Shown here one piece after another: positions 27,032 to 35,851 of a stretch of 55,864 nt of DNA. Origin of the DNA: an uncultured bacterium (lineage in GTDB: Bacteria; Cyanobacteriota; Vampirovibrionia; Obscuribacterales; Obscuribacteraceae); assembly GCA_913063055.1 (NCBI GenBank), contig CAJXZK010000001.1:1-55864 (forward strand), written 5' to 3'. The position numbers were made by a program, and so were the translations under genes. The notes below the pieces were generated by a model. That model was not told the origin of the DNA. It saw nothing but the letters and a program-made list of their open reading frames with translations, and did not search any database. Numbering within the stretch: position 1 is the stretch's first letter; each line of letters starts with the position of its first letter.

Positions 27032-29041
27032 ATGCAGAAATCATTTTTTTACTCAGAGCCAGATCCAAACTCCGATTCAAAATCGCAGCCAGCGATTAGC
27101 TTTGAAGTTCTAGACATTGAAGCTGTAAGCATCGAAGCTGGCATTGCGAAAGACGCCGGTGCTGGCGACACCGAAGATGATTCGGTGCAGAGAATTACTC
27201 TTGCAGCCCCAGAGATTCACACCTGCGATGTACTAGTTGCTGGCGGTGGCATGGGCGGAATCGCAGCAGCCCTTGAGGCGAGTAAGAGCCTAACAACCAT
27301 ACTGACCGAAGAGACAACTTGGCTTGGTGGTCAAATGACCAGCCAAGGAGTCTGCGCTCTGGACGAAAACAAATACGTAGAGAGTACCGGAGCCTGTAAA
27401 AGTTATCTCGATATGCGCGAGGCTATTCGCCAGGCTTATAGAGATACAGGCAAACTGACAACAGCGGCAGCCAACGACCCTCTTCTGCATCCTGGCAGAT
27501 CATGGGTAACCAGGCTGGCTTTCGAGCCAGAAATAGCGCTTCCGGTGCTCGACAATCTACTGTTACCTGGGGTCAACAGTGGCAAACTAAAAATTATGCA
27601 GCGGCTCAAAGCTATAGCAGTGGCCAGACAAAGTGCCATTCAAGCCGTACTTTTTGTTGACCTCGATACTGGTGCTTTTCATGAAGTGCAACCGCGCATA
27701 GTTATCGATGCCACAGAACTGGGCGACTTACTTAGCCTGGCAAAAATACCTTACAAAACTGGCTCAGACAGCCGCTTAGATACTGGTGAAAACCACGCAC
27801 CACTTGAAGGCGATAGCGAGAACGTGCAAGATTTTGTCTATCCCTTTGTTCTGGAATATCATCCAGGCAAAAGTTTCGTCATTGAAAAACCAGCAGACTA
27901 TGACCAGTTTCTCGCCGCTGGCAAATTCTCATTTGATGGCTATCACATGTTCGAAGAAGTAGATGACTTCAGCACAGGCGAGAAGCGACACTTACTGCCA
28001 TTCTGGACCTATCGTCGCCTGATCGACAAAGCTCTCTTCCAGCCTGGCTGTTATGCCTCAGATGTATCAATGATCAATTGGGACAGCAACGACCTGCGCG
28101 ACAAAAACATAATAGACAAGCCAGCGTCCGTACAAAGAGACTATTTAGCCCTGGCTAAGAGGCTCAGCTTAGGCTTTCTCTACTGGTTACAAACAGAGGC
28201 CAGTCGCGACCATAACAAAGAAAGCGATGACCAATTAGGCAGTGACAAATCAGTCAAGGGATATCCAGAATTAAAACTGGTAAAAAATGTTCTTGGCACC
28301 GCCGATGGTTTGTCAATGCATCCATATATTCGCGAGGCTCGCAGACTGGTAGCAAAAACAATTGTCTGCGAACAAGATATTGTCGAGTCCTGCAACAGCG
28401 GTGCCAGAGCCAGACTCTTCGATGACTCAATAGGCATTGGCTTATACCCGGTAGATATTCATGGCCGCCAGGAAATACCAGGGGCCGCACAAGCAGCTAA
28501 GCCCTTTCAAATTCCACTCGGCGCGCTAATCACTGAAAACTGTCTCAATTATATTGCCGCTTGCAAAAATATTGGGGTCACCCATATAACCAATGGCGCC
28601 TATCGTCTGCATCCCGTTGAATGGGCAATTGGCTCAGCTGCTGGCACACTAGCAGCCATCTATTTAAGTCGCAACCAGTTTGGCGAACAACAACTACTGT
28701 CCGCCAGAGACCTACTAGCAGTGCAATTGGCCTTAACCGCTCCAAGCTGTGGCGCTCCGATCTTCTGGTTTGATGACGTGCCGCCAAGCCACGAACACTT
28801 CCAGGCTATTCAGATCATGTCAGTCACAGCTATTATTGAGTGCAATCAGTTTAGCCTCAGCTTTGAACCAGAGGAATTGGTTACAGCCAAAGAAGTCGAC
28901 CAGGCTGTAGCCCGCCTCAGTAAGTACTGCAGTAGCCTAAATCAAGATTTGAATCTTAAAATTAAAGTCGGCAGCCAACTCTCCCGGGCGGAACTGGCAG
29001 ACGTCTTGCTGCGCGCCCTCAAGCTCGCCCTGCATCTTTAA
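27032..29041 (+). CDS. FAD-dependent oxidoreductase (FAD_oxidored family)
   Basis: Dinucleotide-binding motif DVLVAGGGMGGIAAALEAS followed by TEETTWLGGQMTSQGV. 669 aa. The C-terminal part was not recognised. Confidence 0.8.
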   Translation: MQKSFFYSEPDPNSDSKSQPAISFEVLDIEAVSIEAGIAKDAGAGDTEDDSVQRITLAAPEIHTCDVLVAGGGMGGIAAALEASKSLTTILTEETTWLGGQMTSQGVCALDENKYVESTGACKSYLDMREAIRQAYRDTGKLTTAAANDPLLHPGRSWVTRLAFEPEIALPVLDNLLLPGVNSGKLKIMQRLKAIAVARQSAIQAVLFVDLDTGAFHEVQPRIVIDATELGDLLSLAKIPYKTGSDSRLDTGENHAPLEGDSENVQDFVYPFVLEYHPGKSFVIEKPADYDQFLAAGKFSFDGYHMFEEVDDFSTGEKRHLLPFWTYRRLIDKALFQPGCYASDVSMINWDSNDLRDKNIIDKPASVQRDYLALAKRLSLGFLYWLQTEASRDHNKESDDQLGSDKSVKGYPELKLVKNVLGTADGLSMHPYIREARRLVAKTIVCEQDIVESCNSGARARLFDDSIGIGLYPVDIHGRQEIPGAAQAAKPFQIPLGALITENCLNYIAACKNIGVTHITNGAYRLHPVEWAIGSAAGTLAAIYLSRNQFGEQQLLSARDLLAVQLALTAPSCGAPIFWFDDVPPSHEHFQAIQIMSVTAIIECNQFSLSFEPEELVTAKEVDQAVARLSKYCSSLNQDLNLKIKVGSQLSRAELADVLLRALKLALHL

Positions 29042-29123
29042 AGACTGTGCAAATGCACATATGAACCGACTGGCAAAATTCATAACATGGTGACATCAAC
29101 CACCAAGCCAGGAGCGACAGACA

Positions 29124-29711
29124 ATGAGAGCAGATTCTAGCGACAGACAAATTTCTTCCGGCTCAACCGAACCTGGTAATTTTCGCTCACACTACAGTTC
29201 AGAACTCCTCGACCCTGCGCAACAGATTGGTAGACTGCCAGCGCATAGTGCAGCACTGCGAGAGGCGGAGCGCGCCTTAACGACCAGCGAGAAAAATTTT
29301 GATGATACGGCAAAACTTTCGTCAAGAATTTCGGAGAATCCTTCTGGTTTACCAAAACTAGAGATTCACTTTGACGACAAAATCAATTACTTTGCCGAGC
29401 ACAGCCTGGTGGTCGACAAAGCCAGAAGAATCGCTTTCGACTTTGAGCACAACCCTCAAATAGCCAAAGCGGTATGGGGCGGCGGAATGGTGACAATGGC
29501 AGCCGCAGCCATAGGCATTGGCATACTGAAAAACCCGACAGCAGCAGCATATCTAGCCGGTACTGGATCTGAAGCCTTAGGCTTTGGTGCCATCGGCGGC
29601 ATGGCCGGTGGCTCCGCCATGCAATGGTGGTATACATCGGCGCAGCTTAGAGATCAGCTGCCATCTAGCCGTCTTCCAGAATTTAAAGCAGTAAGAATGT
29701 ATCAAGAGTAA
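29124..29711 (+). CDS. hypothetical protein with disordered N-terminus and Gly/Ala-rich hydrophobic C-terminal region
   Basis: AGGAG upstream of ATG. C-terminal GGGMVTMAAAAIGIGIL...GFGAIGGMAGGSAM looks like 2 glycine-zipper TM helices. Confidence 0.6.
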   Translation: MRADSSDRQISSGSTEPGNFRSHYSSELLDPAQQIGRLPAHSAALREAERALTTSEKNFDDTAKLSSRISENPSGLPKLEIHFDDKINYFAEHSLVVDKARRIAFDFEHNPQIAKAVWGGGMVTMAAAAIGIGILKNPTAAAYLAGTGSEALGFGAIGGMAGGSAMQWWYTSAQLRDQLPSSRLPEFKAVRMYQE

Positions 29712-29744
29712 AACCCAAAATTGCCACAAGAAGCAGACCCGCAG

Positions 29745-30821
29745 TCACTTCGAGCGCAAATCGGAGACACCAGGCAACTTTGTTTTCAGCACAGAACTGT
29801 CTTGGTCATTCAAATACTTATCGAGAAATGCCAAACAATATTGCGTAATCAAATCTTGCTTAACCTTATCGTGATTGAAAGTAGTCCAGCCCAAATGGCC
29901 CATTTTGTCGAACTCAACAAAATAAGCTGGTGCTCCAGTTTTGGCAAAAGCACCAGCGGGTTTCTTAACTGAAGGTGTGATACCAAAATCACGAGTGCCA
30001 CCTTGATACATAACGGGCAGATCCAGACTTGCCAAATTGCCAGAAGCAAGATACGGCTGACAATAAGGAGACATAGCAATAACAGCTTTTACTCCAGGCA
30101 ACTTCCAGCTCGGCCAAGCCCCAGCAAGTCCTAGAACTGTGTATCCACCCAATGAATGACCTACTAAAGCAATTCGCTTCCAATCTATTAAACTGTCAAA
30201 ATTGGCGTCACAATGAAGGGCACTAACAAGCTTTGCTATGTCATCTCGCCTATCTCTGTAGGTTGCATCGCTCCAGTTTTCAGAATGACGGAAACTCTCT
30301 TGGGAGCTGGATTGCAAGCTGGCATCGGAGCTAGCACGTGAGTTAGCACGTGAGCTAGCAGGGGAACCAGCGGGGGAACCTGTACGACCTGCGTCTCTAT
30401 GATTTGGAGCAATAACTAAATAGCCAGCTTGAGCCATGGCTTGCATTAGAAACTCGCTCTGGGTGTTGCGCCCATGGAAGCCATGGGAAAATATTACCAG
30501 CGGAAACGGACCACGCCCCCTGGGCTGCCAGACCGCCACATCTAGGCCCTCAATTTTGGCAGTGCTAGCTTGTCTTGGAGCGACGACAGAAACAGCCGGC
30601 GCAGCAGGCAGAGTTCCAGAAGATAAGCCTGTCTGAGAATCATTTTGCCGGCTCTGAATTCTTTGCCGCAAGCGCTCTCTAAACTGCCCCTGGGCTGAAA
30701 CAGGCAATACAACCGAAACTGAGATCAAAATTGCAGCTACCATTAGGCCTGTACAAGCCAACAAAAGAGCTGAAAAGACTCTGGGGCAATGGTCGACTGG
30801 AGTAGTTTTAAGGGAGGGCAT
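29745..30821 (-). CDS. secreted alpha/beta hydrolase (PAF-acetylhydrolase / dienelactone-hydrolase-like)
   Basis: N-terminal TM/signal segment. PFPLVIFSHGFHGRNTQSEFLMQAMAQAGYLVIAPNHRD, nucleophile elbow VGHSLGG, and C-terminal MGHLGW. A Ser/Ala-rich insertion GSPAGSPASSRANSRASSDAS sits between them. Confidence 0.85.
   Translation of the reverse strand: MPSLKTTPVDHCPRVFSALLLACTGLMVAAILISVSVVLPVSAQGQFRERLRQRIQSRQNDSQTGLSSGTLPAAPAVSVVAPRQASTAKIEGLDVAVWQPRGRGPFPLVIFSHGFHGRNTQSEFLMQAMAQAGYLVIAPNHRDAGRTGSPAGSPASSRANSRASSDASLQSSSQESFRHSENWSDATYRDRRDDIAKLVSALHCDANFDSLIDWKRIALVGHSLGGYTVLGLAGAWPSWKLPGVKAVIAMSPYCQPYLASGNLASLDLPVMYQGGTRDFGITPSVKKPAGAFAKTGAPAYFVEFDKMGHLGWTTFNHDKVKQDLITQYCLAFLDKYLNDQDSSVLKTKLPGVSDLRSK
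30330..30382 (-). repeat. short in-frame tandem repeats inside the hydrolase gene
   Basis: gctagcacgtga / gttagcacgtga / gctagca, then gggaaccagcg / ggggaacctgt. These encode the Ser/Ala/Arg low-complexity insertion. Confidence 0.75.
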
Positions 30822-31017
30822 GGTTTTCTCTCAAATCGGCAAGCATGCAAACAAAACTCATAGACTACAACTACCTACGTAACCTGCGGCCCAAAAGTTT
30901 CAGCGGATGCAAAGACGAATAAACGGTTCAATCCCGCTTATAATGCTGGAGACCCTGAATATTGCCGCCTAATGACATATCCACAAGAGATAAAGCAAGA
31001 GGCAAAGTGGAGGCATA

Positions 31018-31779
31018 ATGCTCACGAAAACAGAAAATCTTTTATCGATTAAAGACACAGCTGCCATTCTAAACCTCGATAAAAAGTCTGTACGCGAACG
31101 ACTAATGAACGGCCAATTGCTTGGCGAGAAAAAAATAGTTGGCGATCGTGAAAAATGGTTTGTTCATAGCCATTCAGTCGAAAGCACTCTGGCCAAGCGC
31201 CGCTCCTCTCAGCCTCAGATTCAGAACCAAACGGCAAAAACCAGCCAGGATCATTCTAGTCATGCCGGTCATTCCAGTCATTCCGGACAAGCAGATTCAG
31301 CTCTGCAAATTCTCAATGTAATAACTGCCACCGCCGTTGAAGCCGACTTAGAAAGTAGTCTCAATCAAGAAACTAGTTTACCCATACGTCACAGCGCATC
31401 AGAAGTACTGCGCGGCGAATGGTATCAACAAGAAAAGGCACGCATCGAAGACTTTATTGAACATGCCATCAGCGAACAAGTACTTCAGCCACTGGTTGAT
31501 AGGCTCAGTGCCGAAGCTGCCAAACAAATTGCCGCTGCTACCAAAGCAGCCAACGACGAATTGGAAGTTGAACGACTAAAAGCAAAGCGGCTTGAAGAGA
31601 GAGTCTTCGAACTGCATGAGGCCAAGGTTGAACTCGAAGTTTCAATGCATCAAGAGATTGAATTGCTTCAACTAGAAAACCAAGCCAGAGAAAACTCAGT
31701 GGTGGAACAACTGACAGCCTTGACGCAAAAGTTAGAAGAACTTGAGCGCCCCTGGTGGAAGAGAATCTTCGGCAGATAG
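31018..31779 (+). CDS. excisionase-type HTH + coiled-coil protein with PWWKRIF C-terminal tail
   Basis: GGAGG 5 nt upstream. N-terminal LLSIKDTAAILNLDKKSVRERLMNGQLLGEKK..EKWFV (winged HTH), a His/Ser-rich linker, Glu/Leu heptad-rich coiled coil, and C-terminus RPWWKRIFGR. Paralogous in architecture to 40690-41829. Confidence 0.75.
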   Translation: MLTKTENLLSIKDTAAILNLDKKSVRERLMNGQLLGEKKIVGDREKWFVHSHSVESTLAKRRSSQPQIQNQTAKTSQDHSSHAGHSSHSGQADSALQILNVITATAVEADLESSLNQETSLPIRHSASEVLRGEWYQQEKARIEDFIEHAISEQVLQPLVDRLSAEAAKQIAAATKAANDELEVERLKAKRLEERVFELHEAKVELEVSMHQEIELLQLENQARENSVVEQLTALTQKLEELERPWWKRIFGR

Positions 31780-32139
31780 TCAGTGTCTTGTGCATAAGTG
31801 TATATACAAACGAATATGCCGAAGCTGAAACTGTAGTTCAAGCGCTTGGCTATCAGATTAGATATCGATCGCAAGACTAAGAGCGGCCCTTCGAATTGTC
31901 AGCAGATATACAAAGTATTTTCATCGGGGGACTTCCAATAGATTTTTGCTCGGATATACTAATTACATAAGCGGTGAGCACCCACCAATAAATAAGTTGA
32001 GTGCTTTGAGCCGAGGGGTTAAGTGGAAACGCTAGGTCTGCGCAGACCGGAAACTGTAGTGATAACCCGCTAGCTGTGGATTCTGACTTGAAGCAGCAAG
32101 AAATATCGAGCCTACGCAATAGGCAGTCAGACGATAGTG

Positions 32140-32175
32140 AAAAAGCCACCGCAGATTTATCTGGGTGGCTTTTTT
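32140..32175. terminator. bidirectional intrinsic terminator between convergent genes
   Basis: AAAAA-GCCACCGCAGAT-tt-ATCTGGGTGGC-TTTTTT: ~11-bp stem with one bulge, with an A-tract on the 5' side and a T-tract on the 3' side. Confidence 0.75.
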
Positions 32176-32285
32176 GTCGCCCAACAAAACTCTGACTTAT
32201 CGCATTTTGTAGTTTCCAAAACAGTCATTTATTCTTCAAAAAATCTGACAGTTTTGGCGAGCTAAAGCAGAAGCCCATTGCCTGA

Positions 32286-32348
32286 CTAAATCAAAGCAAC
32301 AAGTAGCTAAATCAAGGCCACCAGTAGCTAACTCAAAGCCACAACTAG
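32286..32348. repeat. degenerate 21-nt tandem repeat x3 (intergenic, just past the SNF2 gene's stop)
   Basis: ctaaatcaaagcaacaagtag / ctaaatcaaggccaccagtag / ctaactcaaagccacaactag. The units are contiguous with no spacers. Confidence 0.85.
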
Positions 32349-32388
32349 CCAAGACAATATCAAGTCAAGCTGAGAACAAGAACAAAAG

Positions 32389-35300
32389 CTAGAACGAGAA
32401 CAAGAATTCCAGATCTTCTTGAGTCAATTCTTTAGCGACACTATCATCGCCACCAATAATCAAATCAGCTAGCTCTTTCTTCTTCTGTTGCAAAGCCAAT
32501 ATCTTTTCTTCAACAGTTCCACGAGTAATCAACTTGTAGTTGAACACGTGGCGAGTCTGGCCGATTCGGTGGGCTCGGTCAGTAGCTTGGTTTTCTACTG
32601 CTGGGTTCCACCATGGGTCATAGTGAATAACATAGTCAGCACCAGTCAAGTTGAGACCGGTACCACCAGCTTTCAAACTGATCAAGAAAATCGGAATAGA
32701 AGGTGTCTGGTTGAAGCGCTCGACGCGATCAAGTCTTTCTTTAGCCGGTGTTTGGCCATCAAGATATTCGTAGGTATATCCGGCCTTCTCCAATTCTTTG
32801 CGAATGATGGCTAGCATTTCCACAAACTGGCTGAAGATCAAGATTTTGTGGCCTTCGTCGACGACTTCGCCAATCATAGCTAGCAAAGCATCAAGCTTGG
32901 CCGACTGGTCGGTTGCTTTCTCTCTGTTTTTCAAGAGACGGGGATCACAACAAACTTGGCGCAGGCGCAGAAGTTCCGCAAGAATTGAAATCGATGACCG
33001 TTTAATACCGCGAGAAGCCACTTCGTTAAAGACGCGCTGACGACATTCGTCAAGAACATCAAGATAAAGCGAACGCTGCTCATCATCAAACTCACAGAGT
33101 TGAATAATATCTGTTCTGTCGGGCAAATCTTTCTCTACCTGACTCTTCAAGCGGCGCAAAATAAAGGGATGAACTGTCTTGCGCAGTTTCATACCAGCGC
33201 CATCCAGTCCAGCTTCAATCGGCCTTTCAAAGACTTCGTTGAAGTCTTTGTACTGACCAAGAAAATCAGGCATAAGGAAGTCGAAGAGCGACCACAATTC
33301 TTTCAGCCTGTTCTCTACCGGTGTACCAGACAAGGCCAGACGGTGGAAAGCCTTGATACTCTTAGCGGCAATGGCGCCTACTGACTCGGGGTTCTTAATA
33401 TTCTGGGCTTCATCGAGAATGAGAAACTCGAACTGAATATTCTTCAACTGTTCATAGTCACGACGGATGATACCGTAGGTAGTGAAAATCACATGGGGCT
33501 TATTGGTGCTTTCCTTGCCAAGACGCTTGAGCATCTCGCCACGATCGCGGCCCATGAACAAAGCGGTCTTGAGGTCAGGCACAAACTTGGATGCTTCCGA
33601 CAACCAGTTATAAACCACTGAAGTAGGCGCCACCACCAAAGCCGGTGCTCTATCGGCCTTGCCTTTACCTTGATAGTGCTTCAGTAACATTGCCAGAGTT
33701 TGGATAGTTTTACCCAAGCCCATGTCATCAGCGAGAATGCCTGCCAGTCCATATTCCCGCAAGAACATCAACCAGTTACAGCCTTCTTTCTGATACTCGC
33801 GCAACTCGCCTTTGAAATCTTTCGGCAATTCAAATGGCGGCAATTCACGGAAGTGGTGAATTTTGTGAATGAACTCTTCAAAGCCCTTATCAGCTTCAAC
33901 AGGAATCTCTTGAGTTTCTAAAGCATGCAAAATTCCCAGCGCTTGATAGAGAGGACGGGCACTGTCTTTGCTTTGACCAATAGACTTAAGAAGACCCATC
34001 AAAGTGGGCGTCGGTACACGCACATAGTCGCCATCAGATAATTTCAAATAACTGCGGTTTCTAAATAGCGCTTCAATGACCAGAGGGAATGGCACCTCTT
34101 CATCGCCAGCAGAGCAAAGCAGATCAAACTCGAACTTGTAAGAATCTTTTTTCAGCGACAACTTGGCCTTCAGAGCCAACTCTTCTTTTCTTACACGATA
34201 GGCACTGAGCGTTTCCCACCCAGCAGTATCCCAGTCAGCAGACTGCTCAGATGAAAGATGGAAAAGAGCATCAAGAGCTGGCTCTTCAACAAACGAAAAG
34301 CGATCGGCGATGGTTCGAATGGGCATCATATTGGTGAGGAAGCGGCGCACCTGGTTTTCAGGCTCCCACTGTCGTTCAACCCAAACGCTCTGACCAACTT
34401 CTGAAATTGTGCGCGTGAATTTTTCTGATTCCACGGCACTGGTCTCATCTCGCGACTGCAAAACTAAGTCGCCGTAACGGAAACCTAAGGAAACTTCTAA
34501 ACTTGAAGCCTCTGGAGCAGGCTTCTTAGTGGCTGTCGCCGAGCTGCCATGAGAAGAGATAATTGTGTTGGAAGCAGCACCGGGCAGTTTGCGCTCAGAC
34601 AGCTTAATTACAACCTGAGGCGGCTCAGTAATGGCAACAGGAAAAGGTGCTGTCGACTCATCAAGAATAACCGGCATGCGTTTCTTCAATACGGGCAAAT
34701 CGACAGAGAGGAACTTAGGCACGACTTCGAGCTTGACCACCATGTAGCCGAAGGAATCGAAGTACTGGAATGAGCGGTGAATCGCGGATAAATCGATAGG
34801 GTAGAAAGTATCTTTGGAGAGGATCCAGCTTGATGGCCCCATAAAGAACACGGGGTGTTCAACGGCCTCACCTTCTTCGGTTATGCCTTCTAGGCGCAAC
34901 ATCAGCTCGCCACTCTCAGTTTCCGATAGCACCGCGCGCGGTGTCAGTGGCTTATCGGAGAACTGTACTACCTGATTGGTAGTGGTGTTAGTTAGCTTGC
35001 AGCAAAGACTGAGGTGACCAATCACCGTACCTTCATCACCGCGCGGAATGCGGTGGCCGCCGGCTGGCCCTTTGGTTGTCTGGGGGAGACCAGTGAGATA
35101 TTTGGCCAAGCGCTGGATGCGCGAATCGGGCGGTAAGGTCGGCACAACTTCTACCGGCACCTTGAGAATGTTGACTTTGCCCTGGGGTTCGTTGGGCACG
35201 ACACCAACAATCATTGCCAGCGGCTTTTCTAGCACCAACAGGCCTAATTCGAAATCACGCTCGTCGGCAACGACCCCTTCTTCGCGGGGGTCGTCAAGCA

Positions 35301-35685
35301 ATTCTTTAGCTCGAGGACCCTTCTCTTGTGGGCTCTCACGCTTTTGCTCATCGGCCATGTCGAACCTGATGCCCGGATTATGCTTGGCAATATGAGTTAG
35401 AACAACGGCGACAGAATGCTTACAGACGTCTTCAAAATAAGGACAGGAGCAGGATGCCTTAAAGGCATTAGGCGAATCTATGTCAACGACAATTTTGTAG
35501 GCATCTTTTTCTGAACCAATGACGAGAGCCTCAATCTGAGAGCCATCCTCACTTTCAGAGTATTTCAATACTTTTTTGCGTCGATAGTATTGCACACCAC
35601 GACGATAAACCGGCTCGCTGCTAGCCTCTTGAAGGGCTGAAAGAGCGAGAGAAAGTTTTTTACCAGAACCCGAGATTTGCTTCAT
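32389..35685 (-). CDS. SWIM zinc-finger + SNF2-family helicase/ATPase
   Basis: SWIM CxC..CxH (CSCPYFEDVCKHSVAV). SNF2 motifs LADDMGLGKT (I), ILDEAQNIKN (II), LSGTP (III). Helicase-C motifs FLISLKAGGTGLNLT and QATDRAHRIGQ (VI). Confidence 0.95.
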   Translation of the reverse strand: MKQISGSGKKLSLALSALQEASSEPVYRRGVQYYRRKKVLKYSESEDGSQIEALVIGSEKDAYKIVVDIDSPNAFKASCSCPYFEDVCKHSVAVVLTHIAKHNPGIRFDMADEQKRESPQEKGPRAKELLDDPREEGVVADERDFELGLLVLEKPLAMIVGVVPNEPQGKVNILKVPVEVVPTLPPDSRIQRLAKYLTGLPQTTKGPAGGHRIPRGDEGTVIGHLSLCCKLTNTTTNQVVQFSDKPLTPRAVLSETESGELMLRLEGITEEGEAVEHPVFFMGPSSWILSKDTFYPIDLSAIHRSFQYFDSFGYMVVKLEVVPKFLSVDLPVLKKRMPVILDESTAPFPVAITEPPQVVIKLSERKLPGAASNTIISSHGSSATATKKPAPEASSLEVSLGFRYGDLVLQSRDETSAVESEKFTRTISEVGQSVWVERQWEPENQVRRFLTNMMPIRTIADRFSFVEEPALDALFHLSSEQSADWDTAGWETLSAYRVRKEELALKAKLSLKKDSYKFEFDLLCSAGDEEVPFPLVIEALFRNRSYLKLSDGDYVRVPTPTLMGLLKSIGQSKDSARPLYQALGILHALETQEIPVEADKGFEEFIHKIHHFRELPPFELPKDFKGELREYQKEGCNWLMFLREYGLAGILADDMGLGKTIQTLAMLLKHYQGKGKADRAPALVVAPTSVVYNWLSEASKFVPDLKTALFMGRDRGEMLKRLGKESTNKPHVIFTTYGIIRRDYEQLKNIQFEFLILDEAQNIKNPESVGAIAAKSIKAFHRLALSGTPVENRLKELWSLFDFLMPDFLGQYKDFNEVFERPIEAGLDGAGMKLRKTVHPFILRRLKSQVEKDLPDRTDIIQLCEFDDEQRSLYLDVLDECRQRVFNEVASRGIKRSSISILAELLRLRQVCCDPRLLKNREKATDQSAKLDALLAMIGEVVDEGHKILIFSQFVEMLAIIRKELEKAGYTYEYLDGQTPAKERLDRVERFNQTPSIPIFLISLKAGGTGLNLTGADYVIHYDPWWNPAVENQATDRAHRIGQTRHVFNYKLITRGTVEEKILALQQKKKELADLIIGGDDSVAKELTQEDLEFLFSF

Positions 35686-35851
35686 GCAAAATTAGCCTTG
35701 AAAGGGCACTGCCGCAATGGGAGTACCAACAATAAGAACAACCGACCGCTTACAGCGGTGGGCGGGAGCTTTCCTAAGCGAAAGCCGAATGGTCAAGAAT
35801 TAGCTTAGCACGAGTTAGCGCCATGTTGAGAAGACCAAAGCACAAAGTATA

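Noticed and set aside
31877-32149. 90-aa minus-strand ORF in the long intergenic region.
   Set aside because: Cys/Ser/Leu-rich translation with no SD. It spans several RNA-like hairpins and runs into the bidirectional terminator. The region is treated as non-coding.
32286-32348. Possible CRISPR array (also at 45487-45531 and 20497-20523).
   Set aside because: The units are contiguous with no spacers, degenerate, only 3 copies, and 15-21 nt long. No cas genes are in the window.
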